Source: an uncultured Verrucomicrobiota bacterium
Lineage (GTDB): Bacteria > Verrucomicrobiota > Verrucomicrobiia > Limisphaerales > MWDV01
Length of the DNA stretch: 51,027 bases
Assembly: GCA_964371005.1 (NCBI GenBank)
Contig: CAYJNU010000002.1
Location: 7,641 to 58,667 of the forward strand
Direction of reading: 5' to 3'
The notes beneath the pieces are model-generated. The model was not told the DNA's origin. It did no database searches and was given only the letters and a program-made list of their open reading frames with translations. This document shows, one piece after another, positions 9,430-19,686 of the stretch; position 1 is the stretch's first letter, and each line of letters opens with the position of its first letter. A program made the position numbers and the translations under genes.

Positions 9430-10491
9430 ATGCCTGCCGCCTTTGAGATTCCTGCCTCCGCCGCCGCCAACGGCGCCGAGAATGGCGCCCTAACCAAGAC
9501 GCAGAAACTCGCCACCTTGCTGGTGATGCTCGGCCCGGAGAGCGCCGGCGAGATTCTCAAAGGTTTCCAGCCCTCCGAGATCGAAACGATTTCCCGGGAT
9601 ATGTCCCGGTTCAACCTCATTTCCCGCGAGCAGCAGGACCAGATTCTCGAAGAGTTCTCTGAGGTCGCCGTGGAGGCCAGCACCTCCATCGCTGCCGGAG
9701 TGGATGTCACCCGCCTGACCCTGGAGAAGGCGCTTGGGAGTTTCAAGGCCAGTGACATGCTCGGGCGGGTGTTGCCCGCGCGTCAGCCCGCGGTCGGGGC
9801 CATGCAGGCCATTGCGGAGATGGATTCGCGCCACATTTTCAACCTCATCCGTGACGAGCAGCCGCAGACCATTGCCTTCGTCGTCAGCCATCTCGCGCCG
9901 GAGAAGGCCGCCCAGGTGCTCGGCTTGCTGCGCCTGGAGCAGCGCGACGCGATCGTCGAACGCCTCGCCACGCTCGCGCCCACACCGGTCGAAGTGACGG
10001 AGAAGGTCGTCGAAGTCCTGAACGCCAAGCTCGGCGTGAAACAGACCCGCGCCCTGTCCCAGACGGGCGGCCTCACCAGCGCGGCGGACATCCTCAACGC
10101 CATGGACAAAGGCGTCACGCGGACCATGCTGGCCACCATGGAGGAACGCAATCCCGAGCTGTGCCAGGCGATTCGCAAGAAGATGTTCACCTTTGAAGAT
10201 TTGCTCTCCCTCAACGGCCAGTCCATCCAGCGCATCATGCGCGAGACCGACATGCGCGATCTTTCGATTGCGATGAAGAAGGCGAGCGAGCCGCTCAAGA
10301 AACTGCTCCTCTCGAACATCTCCCGCCGCGCCGCCGAAGCCGTGCAGGACGAAATGAATTTCATGGGCCACGTCAAGCTGCGCGACGTCGAAGCCGCGCA
10401 GTTCCGCATCATTGACGCGGTCCGCAAGCTCGAAGCCGAAGGCGAGATTGATCTCGATGAGGCCCGCGCCAACGAATATGACATGGTCTGA
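9430..10491 (+). CDS. fliG: Flagellar motor switch protein FliG
   Basis: 353 aa. Contains LTKTQKLATLLVMLGPESAGEILK, MFTFEDLLSL, and the EEMNFMGHVKLRDVEAAQ-type C-terminal torque helix region. Confidence 0.95.
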   Translation: MPAAFEIPASAAANGAENGALTKTQKLATLLVMLGPESAGEILKGFQPSEIETISRDMSRFNLISREQQDQILEEFSEVAVEASTSIAAGVDVTRLTLEKALGSFKASDMLGRVLPARQPAVGAMQAIAEMDSRHIFNLIRDEQPQTIAFVVSHLAPEKAAQVLGLLRLEQRDAIVERLATLAPTPVEVTEKVVEVLNAKLGVKQTRALSQTGGLTSAADILNAMDKGVTRTMLATMEERNPELCQAIRKKMFTFEDLLSLNGQSIQRIMRETDMRDLSIAMKKASEPLKKLLLSNISRRAAEAVQDEMNFMGHVKLRDVEAAQFRIIDAVRKLEAEGEIDLDEARANEYDMV

Positions 10492-11062
10492 GACCCTCAC
10501 GCTCACGCAGCCGCTGCGCGATGTCCGCCCGCTGACGCCCATCCCGGCGCTCGAGGCGGAGCATCGTCAGCGCGAGGCGGAAGCGGCGGCGTATGAGCGG
10601 GGCCGCCGCGACGCCGAGAAGGGGCTGCGCGAGCAACTGCTCCAGCAGCGCTCGGAGCTGCTCGAACTCCACCAAGGGGTCGTGGATTCGCTCCGCCGTG
10701 CCGTGGCTCAGGTGGTCACCGAAACCGAGGATGCGCTCCTGAATCTGGCCCTCGAAGCTGCCCAGCGGTTGGTCGCCGGTCTCCCCATCTCCACCGAAAT
10801 GGTCGAAGTCATCGTGCGTGAGGCCCTCAGCCACGTCGAAGACAATGCCGAAATCACGGTGCATCTGCACGCCGACGACCTGGCGCTGCTGCGCAAGCAC
10901 GACTCACCCCTGCTCCGCGGCTCGCCGGAAACCGGCCCGTTGCGCTTCGTCGGCTCCGCCGAGGTGTCCCGCGGTGATTGCCTGGTTCAGACCCGATTCG
11001 GCCTGCTGGACGCCCGCCGCGAAACCAAACTGGAACAACTCCGCGCCTCCTTGAAAGCATGA
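10478..11062 (+). CDS. fliH: Flagellar assembly protein FliH
   Basis: Start chosen at ATG 10478, overlapping the fliG end by 14 nt. Glu/Arg-rich coiled coil followed by the FliH/NtpE-like C-terminal domain (SRGDCLVQTRFGLLDARRETKLEQL). Its stop overlaps the fliI start (ATGA). Confidence 0.75.
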   Translation: MTWSETLTLTQPLRDVRPLTPIPALEAEHRQREAEAAAYERGRRDAEKGLREQLLQQRSELLELHQGVVDSLRRAVAQVVTETEDALLNLALEAAQRLVAGLPISTEMVEVIVREALSHVEDNAEITVHLHADDLALLRKHDSPLLRGSPETGPLRFVGSAEVSRGDCLVQTRFGLLDARRETKLEQLRASLKA

Positions 11063-12444
11063 CCCCCACCCCGCGATTCTCTGTCCGGCGATTTGAGACC
11101 GCCCTGCAACGCGTGCGTCAGGCGCGCGTGACCGAGACGTGCGGTCGGGTCGTGCAGGTCATCGGGCTGGTCATCGAATCGGAAGGTCCTGTCGCCGCGG
11201 TGGGCGAAGTCTGCCGCATCCAGTCCGCGCATCGCAACGAAACCACGCTCGCCGAGGTGGTCGGCTTTCGGGACCATCATCTGCTCCTGATGCCGCTGGG
11301 CGAACTGCATGGCATTCACCCCGGCAGCGAAGTGATCGCCACCGGCGCGCCAATGCGGCTGGGCGTGGGCCATGCGCTCAAAGGGCGGGTCCTGGATGGC
11401 GTCGGCAAACCGATTGACGATCTGGGGCCGGTCATCACCGAACACTCCGTTGGCTTGAATCTGCTCCCGCCGCATCCGCTCAAGCGCCAGCGCATCCAAG
11501 ACGTCTTCCAAACCGGCATCAAGGCGATTGACACCTTTACGCCCTGTGGCCGCGGCCAGCGCCTGGGCATCTTCGCAGGCAGCGGCGTGGGCAAGTCCAC
11601 TTTGCTGGGCATGATGGCGTCGCACGCTGAAGCCGACGTGAATGTGATTGCGCTCATCGGCGAGCGTGGCCGCGAGGTGCGGGAGTTTCTGGAGCGCGAT
11701 CTCGATGCCGCGGGCCGCGCCAAATCCGTGGTCGTCGTGGCCACGTCGAATGAACCGGCGCTGCACCGCGTGAAGGGCGCCTTTCTGGCCATGGCCATCG
11801 CCGAGCACTTCCGCAACGAAGGCTTGAACGTCCTGCTGATGATGGATTCGGTCACCCGCCTGGCCATGGCCCAGCGTGAAATCGGCCTGGCCGTCGGCGA
11901 ACCGCCCACCACGCGCGGTTACACGCCTTCCGTTTTCTCGCTGCTGCCGCAGTTGCTCGAACGCGCGGGCACGGGCGAGAGCGGCACCATCACCGGCTTG
12001 TTCACCGTGCTCGTCGAAGCCGACGACATGAACGATCCCATCGCCGACGCGGTGCGCTCGATTCTCGACGGGCACATTGTCCTGAGCCGTGAACTGGCGA
12101 CGCAGAACCACTACCCGGCCATTGACGTGCTGGAAAGTGTCAGCCGGTTGAACCGCGATTTGCTCGCGCCCGATCAGTTGGCGAGCACCGCGGCGGCGCG
12201 CGAGCACATGGCCATTTACCGGAAGAATCAGGACTTGATCAACATCGGCGCCTATCCCATGGGCAGCAACCCGGCCATTGATCACGCCATCGCGTTGCAT
12301 GATCCCATCAACCGTTTCCTCCGCCAGGGCGTGACCGAGGGCCTTGAAGCCGGGCGGAGCTGGACGTTGCTAAAGGAATTACTCGCCAAACCGGTGCCCG
12401 TCCGGGCCGCCGCCGCCCCCCCGTCTTCGCCCGCCAAGAAATGA
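11059..12444 (+). CDS. fliI: Flagellum-specific ATPase FliI
   Basis: Start at ATG 11059. Walker A GSGVGKST, Walker B LLMMDSVTR, and strong overall similarity to F1/T3SS ATPases. Confidence 0.95.
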   Translation: MTPTPRFSVRRFETALQRVRQARVTETCGRVVQVIGLVIESEGPVAAVGEVCRIQSAHRNETTLAEVVGFRDHHLLLMPLGELHGIHPGSEVIATGAPMRLGVGHALKGRVLDGVGKPIDDLGPVITEHSVGLNLLPPHPLKRQRIQDVFQTGIKAIDTFTPCGRGQRLGIFAGSGVGKSTLLGMMASHAEADVNVIALIGERGREVREFLERDLDAAGRAKSVVVVATSNEPALHRVKGAFLAMAIAEHFRNEGLNVLLMMDSVTRLAMAQREIGLAVGEPPTTRGYTPSVFSLLPQLLERAGTGESGTITGLFTVLVEADDMNDPIADAVRSILDGHIVLSRELATQNHYPAIDVLESVSRLNRDLLAPDQLASTAAAREHMAIYRKNQDLINIGAYPMGSNPAIDHAIALHDPINRFLRQGVTEGLEAGRSWTLLKELLAKPVPVRAAAAPPSSPAKK

Positions 12445-12460
12445 TGTGCATCTTTGACTT

Positions 12461-12931
12461 ATGAAACCATTCCGCTTCTCTCTGCAACCCATTCAAGTGC
12501 TCCGCGAACAAAAGGAGCACGAGGCCCAACAGAGTTACGTGCAGGCCCTCCGCGCCTGCGAGGAGGCCGCTGCCCGCGTCCGGACGGCCGGCGCCGAGTT
12601 GGCTGACTGCTGGACGCTGCTGGGGGATGAACTCGCCGCCGGCAGCGAGGCCACCGAGGTGCTGCGGACGCGCGCCTGGTGCAACGTGCTCGAGATTCGC
12701 CTCAAAGAGCACACCGGCGCGCTGGAGGAAGCCCGTCACAGCGTGGACGCCGTCTGGCGCGACATGTTGCTCGCCACCCGGGATCGCGAGACCATTGACC
12801 ATTACCACGACAAGCAACGCCGCGTTTACGACCGCGACGTCCAGCGGGCAGACCAAAAGGAACTCGATGAACTCGCCTTGCGCGGCCGCCAAACGCCCGG
12901 TGTCTTTCGCGTCCCGCAAGCGGTCCGGTGA
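12461..12931 (+). CDS. fliJ: Flagellar export protein FliJ
   Basis: 156 aa and all-helical. The N-terminus MKPFRFSLQPIQVLREQKE and the C-terminal EQKELDELA are typical of FliJ. It lies directly after fliI. Confidence 0.7.
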   Translation: MKPFRFSLQPIQVLREQKEHEAQQSYVQALRACEEAAARVRTAGAELADCWTLLGDELAAGSEATEVLRTRAWCNVLEIRLKEHTGALEEARHSVDAVWRDMLLATRDRETIDHYHDKQRRVYDRDVQRADQKELDELALRGRQTPGVFRVPQAVR

Positions 12932-13545
12932 CCATGATCCCACTCCTCCAATCTTCCTGGATGGCCGTACTCCTCGGCGGCCTGCTCTATCTCGGCACGA
13001 CCTTCGTGCTGCTGAAGCCCTCGTCCTTCGCCGGCGCGCTGGCGAACCGCGAAACAAAGACCTTGGCGCCCGGCGACGATCCGTCGTGGAAATTCCTCAA
13101 TCCGGAGTTCGATCAGTTGGTGGACGAATTGCGTCGGGAGAAGGATGCCCTCGCGTTGCGCAGCCAGCAGTTGCAGGAACTCCAGACGCGGCTCGAGGCC
13201 GAACGGCAGGAGATGCAATCCGCCACGCAGATGGTGCATCAACTCCAGATCGAGTTCGACCAGAGCTTCCTCAAGTGCAAGGCGCAAGAGGTGGATAACC
13301 TCAAGAAGCAGATCAAAGTCATTGCCGGCATGTCGCCGGAAGGGGTTGCGGCGATGATGGGCGAGATGACCGATGACGAAGTCGCGAAGCTGCTCACGTT
13401 GATGAAAACGGACGAGGCGGGCGCGATATTGGATGCCATGAGCACGTCCGGCAGTGCCGGCGCCAAGCGGGCCGTCAGCCTCACCGACAAGATGCGCCGT
13501 GTCATGCCCGTTGCGCCCGGTGCGAAACCGACAGCGGCTCCCTGA
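12928..13545 (+). CDS. MotE/YlxF-like flagellar protein (N-terminal TM, coiled coil, MgtE_N-like domain)
   Basis: GTG 12928 overlaps the fliJ stop (GTGA); an alternative ATG is at 12934. TM helix WMAVLLGGLLYLGTTFVLL, a coiled coil, then GMSPEGVAAMMGEMTDDEVAKLLTLMKTDEAGAILDAM (MgtE_N-type repeat). It occupies the same position as ylxF in the Bacillus fla/che operon. Confidence 0.6.
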   Translation: MTMIPLLQSSWMAVLLGGLLYLGTTFVLLKPSSFAGALANRETKTLAPGDDPSWKFLNPEFDQLVDELRREKDALALRSQQLQELQTRLEAERQEMQSATQMVHQLQIEFDQSFLKCKAQEVDNLKKQIKVIAGMSPEGVAAMMGEMTDDEVAKLLTLMKTDEAGAILDAMSTSGSAGAKRAVSLTDKMRRVMPVAPGAKPTAAP

Positions 13546-14969
13546 TGTCTGCGCTGCAATCTATCCGCCCCGCGTCCCCGCCGGACCCGCCGCGCGACGG
13601 CTCAGGAACACAGGCAGCGGCAGCGCCAAAGCGGATCGGTGCGAGTTTCTCCGACTGGATGAACCGCGCTCTGGCGGAACCGGGCTTTGGCGCGGATGAG
13701 GAAGGGGCGCGTCCGCCGTGCGTCGAGAACCGGCGGGAGCCGCGTCACCCAACGGCAAGCGCATCGGATGACCGCGACGCTGCCTTGGCCGCCGCCGCGG
13801 CTCTGATCGTCCCGGCATCTGGGGAAATGCCACGTGGAATGAACGTGAACGGATCGTCCGCCGACACACCTCAAGCCAACACTTCCACCCAACCCACTTC
13901 TATGAACGCGCCCTCTACCGAGGCCACCCCGTCGCAACCATCAGCCACGACCGCGCTGGCCGCCGCTGAAACCGCCTCCGCCGAGCCCGCTAAATCGGCG
14001 TCCACGCCAGCCACCTGGGCGCAACAACTCACGCCCACCCCCGCTCAGGTCAGCACTGACCCGGCGAAATCTGCCGACGGGAAGCCCTCTCCGACCTCGG
14101 CCCCGGCCGATTCGGGCGCGGAGGCCTTGTTGGCCGGAGATTCCACTTCCGCCGGTGAAGCAGCGGAAAGCCCGCAGAATGGGCAGTCTCCAGCGCAGCC
14201 CGGCGACTTGAAACCAGCCGCTTCAATCCCCGATTCCCAGGCGACCGGTGAGCTTTCGCCTCGTGGCACATCCACTGCTAGACAACGAACCGCGATGCAA
14301 AAGGCAGCCGATATGCAACAAACTACCGGGTCGAAAGAGCAAGAATTGCCGGGCACTTCCACGACCTCTTCCGCTGAGGCGTCTCCGGCGAGCTTGGGGA
14401 AATTCACTAAAGCCTTCGCGCTATCGGAGCAAACCGGGTCGGTCTTGATGACCGCCGGCCCGCAGCGCACAACCTCCCTGGCGGACCTGTCCGCTTCCGA
14501 GGAGGTCGTCTCCGCCCAACCCGGCAACGGCGCGGCTCGCTCGTTGGAACGGACCCACGATTTGGTTTCGCTGCACGCGTTGCGATTGCGAGACTCGAGC
14601 GACGATTCGCTCCGCGTGATGATCCGGCCCGGCCCGGGCATGCAGTTGTCCCTGGACCTGCACCTGCGCGATGGTGGCGGCGTGGAGGTGCGGGCGCTGC
14701 TGAACCGCGGCGATTACGCGTTCTTGAATTCCCATTGGGCCGACCTGCAGCACCAACTCGAAACCCGCGGCGTGCGCCTGTCCCCCCTTTCCCACTCCGA
14801 GCAATCAGCGAGCAGCCAGGGCTTCGAACATCCGCGCCGGCGCCAGGACCCGAACGAGGACCCCGCCAGTGAAGCGCTCGCCACCTTGCCGTTTGTCAAC
14901 GCCGCACCTGCGGTCAAGCCCAGACTCGCCCCCCTTCCCGCCACTCCCGGCTGGAACTACTGGGCCTGA
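13545..14969 (+). CDS. fliK: Flagellar hook-length control protein FliK
   Basis: 474 aa. Long Pro/Ala/Ser/Thr-rich ruler region plus a C-terminal Flg_hook-type domain ([31 protein letters not shown]...[14 protein letters not shown]). It lies between the ylxF-like gene and flgD. Confidence 0.75.
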   Translation: MSALQSIRPASPPDPPRDGSGTQAAAAPKRIGASFSDWMNRALAEPGFGADEEGARPPCVENRREPRHPTASASDDRDAALAAAAALIVPASGEMPRGMNVNGSSADTPQANTSTQPTSMNAPSTEATPSQPSATTALAAAETASAEPAKSASTPATWAQQLTPTPAQVSTDPAKSADGKPSPTSAPADSGAEALLAGDSTSAGEAAESPQNGQSPAQPGDLKPAASIPDSQATGELSPRGTSTARQRTAMQKAADMQQTTGSKEQELPGTSTTSSAEASPASLGKFTKAFALSEQTGSVLMTAGPQRTTSLADLSASEEVVSAQPGNGAARSLERTHDLVSLHALRLRDSSDDSLRVMIRPGPGMQLSLDLHLRDGGGVEVRALLNRGDYAFLNSHWADLQHQLETRGVRLSPLSHSEQSASSQGFEHPRRRQDPNEDPASEALATLPFVNAAPAVKPRLAPLPATPGWNYWA

Positions 14970-14983
14970 TTTACCTTCAACCT

Positions 14984-15424
14984 ATGGCAGTCACCTCAAC
15001 ACTTCCCGTCTCTTCAATCTTGCCGGACGCTGCGACCACCTTTTCCGGTGCGAACCAGACGCTCGGCCAGGAAGATTTCCTCAAGCTGCTGGTCGCGCAG
15101 ATGTCCTCGCAAGACCCGCTCAATCCGCAATCGGATCTGGATTCCATCGCGCAACTGGCGCAGTTCAGCGGACTGGAGCAGAACAAAGCCACCCAGGCGG
15201 AGATCGCCGGGCTGCGGAGCGACCAGCAACTGCAGTCCGCCAGCAACTTGTTGGGCCGCTCGGTGACGCTTCAGAGTGATGCCGAGACGCTCGTGAGCGG
15301 CACCGTGGATGCGGTGCAGGTTTCGGACGGCACGCCGTATCTCATCGTGGGCGACGCCTGCTATTCCCTGAGCCAGTTACTTTCCGTCACGCAAGCTCCT
15401 GTGGTCGCAACCCCCACCGAATAA
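14984..15424 (+). CDS. flgD: Flagellar hook capping/assembly protein FlgD
   Basis: [40 protein letters not shown] is the canonical FlgD N-terminal motif. Confidence 0.9.
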   Translation: MAVTSTLPVSSILPDAATTFSGANQTLGQEDFLKLLVAQMSSQDPLNPQSDLDSIAQLAQFSGLEQNKATQAEIAGLRSDQQLQSASNLLGRSVTLQSDAETLVSGTVDAVQVSDGTPYLIVGDACYSLSQLLSVTQAPVVATPTE

Positions 15425-15437
15425 ACCCAAGTTCATT

Positions 15438-16262
15438 ATGCTTCGATCCCTTTCTTCCGGCGTCAGTGGCCTGCAACATTTTCAGCAAAGCATTGACGTC
15501 ATCGGCAACAACATCGCCAACGTCAGTACGACGGGCTACAAATCGTCCCGTGTGGAGTTTGCCGATGCCTTCAGCCAGGCGTTGGTGGACAGCAACACCA
15601 GCGGCAGTTCCCAAATCGGCACCGGGGTCACCACCGGCGCCATCAACAGCAACTTCACCCAGGGCTCGCTTTCCAGCACCGGCGGAGACACGGACCTCGC
15701 CATCTATGGCAATGGGTATTTCGTGGCCAGCAACCCGAACACCAGCGAAGAATTCCTGACCCGCGCGGGCGAGTTCACGGTAGATCCCAACGGTTATCTG
15801 GTCACCAGCGATGGGTTGCGGGTGCAGGGCTTTTCCGATTCCGGGCTCACCACCCGCGGCGATGTTCAGATCGACGGCACTGGCTCTGGCGCGGCTGACG
15901 GGGCCACCATGAAATCCTACAAAATCGCCGACGGTGGCAAGATCACCGTGCTCATGTCTGACGGCACGGAGTTTGTGCGCGGCCAGGTGTTGCTGCAAGC
16001 GGTGCGCTCTCCCCAGTTGTTGGTCAAAGAAGGGAACAACTTGTATTCGAACATTGCCGCCGCCGGCCCGCTGAGCCAAACCGCCGCGGCGGGAAGTAGT
16101 GGCCTTGGCACTCTGCACAGTGGTTATCTCGAGTCGTCCAACGTGGACCTCACCACTGAAATGACCTCACACATCACCGCGCAACGCGCTTTCCAGGCCA
16201 ATTCGCGTATCGTGACCACCAGCGACGAACTGTTGCAGGAAATCGTCAACCTCAAGCGTTAG
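15438..16262 (+). CDS. flgE: Flagellar hook protein FlgE (short, D0-D1 only form)
   Basis: The N-terminus VSGLQHFQQSIDVIGNNIANVSTTGYK, the GNGYFV motif and the C-terminus GYLESSNVDLTTEMTSHITAQRAFQANSRIV all match hook/rod family proteins. Its position after flgD argues for FlgE rather than FlgG. Confidence 0.8.
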   Translation: MLRSLSSGVSGLQHFQQSIDVIGNNIANVSTTGYKSSRVEFADAFSQALVDSNTSGSSQIGTGVTTGAINSNFTQGSLSSTGGDTDLAIYGNGYFVASNPNTSEEFLTRAGEFTVDPNGYLVTSDGLRVQGFSDSGLTTRGDVQIDGTGSGAADGATMKSYKIADGGKITVLMSDGTEFVRGQVLLQAVRSPQLLVKEGNNLYSNIAAAGPLSQTAAAGSSGLGTLHSGYLESSNVDLTTEMTSHITAQRAFQANSRIVTTSDELLQEIVNLKR

Positions 16263-16268
16263 TTTCCC

Positions 16269-16832
16269 ATGGCTGCCAATCGTATAGACCCCTCTCAAGG
16301 CGCCGCCGAGACGCCCGCGGAGGCTCCTTCTCAGGGCAACGCACCCGCCACCGCCGGAGGCATCAAGGCTTGGTTGCCGTTGCTTATCACCGTCCTGCTC
16401 ATGCCTGCACTCGCCTACGCCATGACCAGCTTCGTGTTGCTGCCCCGCCTGCAAAAGGGCCTTGGCATTACGGCGGCCGCCGCCGACACAGCGCATCCAG
16501 AAGGCAAGGACGCGAAAGCCAACAAGGAAAAGCGCGAATCGGTCACGATGACCAAGCTGTTGGTGAACGTCGCCGGCACCATGGGCGCGCGCTACCTGCT
16601 GGTCAGCCTCAACATCGTGGGCGCCGGGGACGGTTTCTCAACCAAGATGACGGATTTGGACCCGCAATTGCGCGACATGGCCCAAGGGGCTCTCCGCAGC
16701 AAAACGTTGGCCGACCTGGAAAAACCCGGCGCGGTGAACCTGATCCGCACTGAGCTGATTTCCGGCTTCAACGGCATCCTCGGCGGACCGTTCGTGAAGG
16801 AAATCTACGTCACCGAGTTTGCCATTCAGTAA
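16269..16832 (+). CDS. fliL: Flagellar basal body-associated protein FliL
   Basis: Single TM (WLPLLITVLLMPALAYAMTSFVLL) followed by the FliL domain (LLVNVAGTMGARYLLVSLNIVG...IRTELISGFNGIL...VKEIYVTEFAIQ). Confidence 0.8.
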   Translation: MAANRIDPSQGAAETPAEAPSQGNAPATAGGIKAWLPLLITVLLMPALAYAMTSFVLLPRLQKGLGITAAAADTAHPEGKDAKANKEKRESVTMTKLLVNVAGTMGARYLLVSLNIVGAGDGFSTKMTDLDPQLRDMAQGALRSKTLADLEKPGAVNLIRTELISGFNGILGGPFVKEIYVTEFAIQ

Positions 16833-16841
16833 ACGCAGGCC

Positions 16842-17819
16842 ATGAATCCGCCCACCCCTCAGACTCCTCCGCCCGAAGGCGCGCCCCCGCAAGGTGACAT
16901 TTCGGTGCTGACGTCGCGGGGCGTACGGGAAATGCGCCCGGCAGCGGACATTCGCCACGTGGACTTCCGGCAATCGGGCTTTCTCGCCCCCAGCGAGCTG
17001 CGTCGGATCCGCCTGCGGCACGAGCAACTGGTCCGCTCCATGGCGGCGCGGCTGGCCATCTTTCTGCGGCTCGAATTCACGGTGGAACTGGGCAAGCTCC
17101 AGATCGTCGGCTACCAGAAATTCCTCGAAGGCCTCCCCAGCCCCACGCATATCACCCTGTTTAAAACCGAACCGTTAAAGGGCGTCGGCTTGCTGGTCAT
17201 CCCGCCGCGTCTTGGCCTCAGCATTGTGGATCGCCTGCTGGGGGGCTCGGGCCAGAAGTCGGACCAAAACCGCGACCTCAGCGAACTGGAAACCGCGCTC
17301 AGCGATCAGGCCGCCATGATCGTGCTCAGCGAATGGTGCGGCCACTGGCATGAGATGCGCGATCTCCGTCCGGCCATTCTCGGTCACGAAAACAACAGCC
17401 GCTTTCTGCAGACCGCGCCGGCCGACACCGCGATGCTGATCATCACGCTGAACGCCGGCATGGGAGATCAGCTTCAACCCGTTCACCTCGCCTTCCCTTA
17501 CGCGACGATCGAGCCGCTGGTCCGCCTGCTTTGTCCCGCGGGCCTCCCGCGCGATGATACCTCGCACGCCGCCGCCGCCCGCCCCAGGTGGAACAGCGAG
17601 TTCGACGGAGTGCCGGTGCCGCTGACGGTCGAGTGGAAGGGGCTGAAGCTATCCGCCGGCGACATCACGCGCTTGAAGCCGGGCGATGTGTTGATGCTCG
17701 ACCCGGCTTGTGCCGCGCAGGTGGAACTGCGCTTGAGCCACGTCACCAAGTTTCTCGGTCGCCCCGGCACCCGCAGCGGCCGTTGGGCCGTCCAGTTGAC
17801 CGGCTTCACGCCTGCGTAA
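16842..17819 (+). CDS. fliM: Flagellar motor switch protein FliM
   Basis: 325 aa. Contains DIRHVDFRQSGFL, LRRIRLRHEQLVRSMAARL, LVIPPRLGLSIVDRLLGG and a C-terminal SpoA-like domain. Confidence 0.9.
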   Translation: MNPPTPQTPPPEGAPPQGDISVLTSRGVREMRPAADIRHVDFRQSGFLAPSELRRIRLRHEQLVRSMAARLAIFLRLEFTVELGKLQIVGYQKFLEGLPSPTHITLFKTEPLKGVGLLVIPPRLGLSIVDRLLGGSGQKSDQNRDLSELETALSDQAAMIVLSEWCGHWHEMRDLRPAILGHENNSRFLQTAPADTAMLIITLNAGMGDQLQPVHLAFPYATIEPLVRLLCPAGLPRDDTSHAAAARPRWNSEFDGVPVPLTVEWKGLKLSAGDITRLKPGDVLMLDPACAAQVELRLSHVTKFLGRPGTRSGRWAVQLTGFTPA

Positions 17820-17828
17820 TTTCCCGTC

Positions 17829-18098
17829 ATGAACGCCACCCTCGAAATCCCTGCCAACTTGAATCTCGTCCTCGATGTCCCTGTGAGCCTGACCATCGAA
17901 CTGGGCAGTTGCCAGATGCCGATGAAGGAAGTCCTCCAGCTCAACGTGGGCTCGGTCGTCCAGCTCGACAAACCCGCTGACGCGCCGGTGGAACTGAGCG
18001 TCAACGGGAAACTCATCGCCCGCGGTGAAGTCGTCGTGATCGAGGACCGCTTCGGTGTGAAGATCACCGAGGTGATCGGGGCCGGCCTTCCCACTTAA
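17829..18098 (+). CDS. fliN: Flagellar motor switch protein FliN
   Basis: 89-aa SpoA domain: LDVPVSLTIELGSCQMPMKEVLQLNVGSVVQLDKPADAPVELSVNGKLIARGEVVVIEDRFGVKITEV. Confidence 0.9.
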   Translation: MNATLEIPANLNLVLDVPVSLTIELGSCQMPMKEVLQLNVGSVVQLDKPADAPVELSVNGKLIARGEVVVIEDRFGVKITEVIGAGLPT

Positions 18099-18131
18099 GC
18101 CACTTGCCATCCCGCGCCACGACTCCACCCC

Positions 18132-18596
18132 ATGAGAACGCGCTTCACCCAACGCTGGTTTTGGATGCTGCCCCTGGTGACCGGGCTGCCGGCCCTGGCC
18201 AGCGGGGCGCTTGAAGCCGGGACGAACGCGGTCGCCCTCCCGGCCAACTTGCCAGATGTCGGCGCGTCCTTGCTGCGCGTGTTTGGCGCGCTGGCGTTGG
18301 TCATCGCGTTGTTTCTTGGCGGGGTCTGGCTGTTCCGCAACTGGCAGCGTCTGACCACGCGGCGCAGTGACGCCCCGCGGTTGAACGTGCTCGAAGCGCG
18401 TTCGCTTGGAGGACGTCACGCACTCTATGTCGTGGGCTACGAACAGGAACGCTTTCTCCTCGCGTCCTCGCCGACCGGGGTGAATCTCCTGAGCCATCTC
18501 CCCGCGGCCGACGAAGTCGAACCCGCCCGCGAGCCCGAGCCCGCCGCGCCGTCCTTTACTGAGGCGCTCACGCAAGTTCTCCGAGGCAAGCGATGA
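18132..18596 (+). CDS. fliO: Flagellar biosynthetic protein FliO
   Basis: 154 aa. Single TM FGALALVIALFLGGVWLF, then LNVLEARSLGGRHALYVVGYEQERFLLASSPTGV. It lies immediately upstream of fliP and overlaps it (ATGA). Confidence 0.7.
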   Translation: MRTRFTQRWFWMLPLVTGLPALASGALEAGTNAVALPANLPDVGASLLRVFGALALVIALFLGGVWLFRNWQRLTTRRSDAPRLNVLEARSLGGRHALYVVGYEQERFLLASSPTGVNLLSHLPAADEVEPAREPEPAAPSFTEALTQVLRGKR

Positions 18597-19426
18597 ACGC
18601 GACCGCCAACATCCAACATCGGAACTCAGAACCCGAACGCCCGAGACACGCCAGGCGGTCGTCATCCGATGTTGGGCGTTGGGTGTTGCTCGTCGTCCTG
18701 TTCCTGGTGATCGCCAGCCCGGTTGCCGCGCAAACTACCAACCTCACCACCGGCTTCGGCCCGGTGCAGCTCACGCTGGGCGGTCAACACGGGCCACAGG
18801 ACGTGGACGCAGGCATCAAGATGTTGGTCGTCATCACCCTGCTCTCGATCGCGCCGTCGATCCTGCTGCTGATGACCTGTTTCACGCGCATCGTCATCGT
18901 GCTGTCGTTCGTGCGCACGGCGCTGCAATTGCAGGGCACGCCCGCCAATCAGATCATTGTCGGCCTGGCACTGTTCATGACCTACTTCGTGATGGCGCCG
19001 GTTTACGAGAACATCAACCGCGAGGCGCTGGTCCCTTACCAGGCACAGCAAATCAGCAGCGCAGAGGCGCTGGAACGCGCGGGTGCGCAAATTCGCACCT
19101 TCATGTTGCGGCAGGCGCGGCCCCGGGATGTCGAGCTGTTCGTCGCCATGGCGAAGCTGCCGCCCACCCGGCCGGAAGCACTGCCGCTCCGCGTGGTCAT
19201 CCCCGGTTTCATCATCAGCGAGCTGCGGACGGCGTTCCAGATGGGTTTCCTGATTTTTGTTCCGTTCATCATGATTGACCTCATCGTCGCCACCGTGCTG
19301 ATGAGCATGGGCATGATGATGATGCCGCCCACGACGTTCTCGCTGCCGCTCAAGTTGCTCCTGTTCGTCCTGGTGGATGGCTGGGAACTCGTGGTGCGGT
19401 CACTGGTGCGAAGCTTTGGCATGTAA
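18593..19426 (+). CDS. fliP: Flagellar type III export gate protein FliP
   Basis: Contains LLSIAPSILLLMTCFTRIVIVLSFVRTALQLQGTPANQIIVGLALFMTYFVMAP and GFIISELRTAFQMGFLIFVPFIMIDLIVATVLMSMGMMMMPP, the hallmark FliP sequence. Confidence 0.95.
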   Translation: MNATANIQHRNSEPERPRHARRSSSDVGRWVLLVVLFLVIASPVAAQTTNLTTGFGPVQLTLGGQHGPQDVDAGIKMLVVITLLSIAPSILLLMTCFTRIVIVLSFVRTALQLQGTPANQIIVGLALFMTYFVMAPVYENINREALVPYQAQQISSAEALERAGAQIRTFMLRQARPRDVELFVAMAKLPPTRPEALPLRVVIPGFIISELRTAFQMGFLIFVPFIMIDLIVATVLMSMGMMMMPPTTFSLPLKLLLFVLVDGWELVVRSLVRSFGM

Positions 19427-19464
19427 CGAAACCACAACAGGGAAAGGAGATACCAGGAGAAACC

Positions 19465-19686
19465 ATGAAAACCTACGCCGGCCCCATTGACATCGAAACC
19501 GACGCCCGCCATCACGACCTGCGCCGGTACCGTGCCCAAGTGCGTGGCGTAACCCGCCGCCAGACCAAGCAGGCGTTGTCCCATCTCACCCGTGCCGCTG
19601 CCCTCTGCTCACCGTTCGCTGACGGGGACGAAAACGGCGCGCTGTTGTGGTGCGGCGCCCTGCCCGCCGAGGTCAGCATCGAGTAG
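19465..19686 (+). CDS. Hypothetical 73-aa protein encoded between fliP and fliQ
   Basis: ATG preceded by AGGAGA 5 nt upstream. Third codon positions are strongly G/C-biased, like the flanking genes. It fills most of an otherwise unexplained 293-nt gap in the operon. No TM helix; the N-terminal half is basic (RHHDLRRYRAQVRGVTRRQTKQ). I recognised no family. Confidence 0.5.
   Translation: MKTYAGPIDIETDARHHDLRRYRAQVRGVTRRQTKQALSHLTRAAALCSPFADGDENGALLWCGALPAEVSIE

Noticed and set aside
15438-16262. The hook protein is only 274 aa, suspiciously short for FlgE.
   Set aside because: As far as I recall, the FlgE encoded in the Bacillus subtilis fla/che operon, which this cluster mirrors, is also about 260 aa. 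Both conserved termini are intact, so this is most likely a normal short hook protein, not a truncation.
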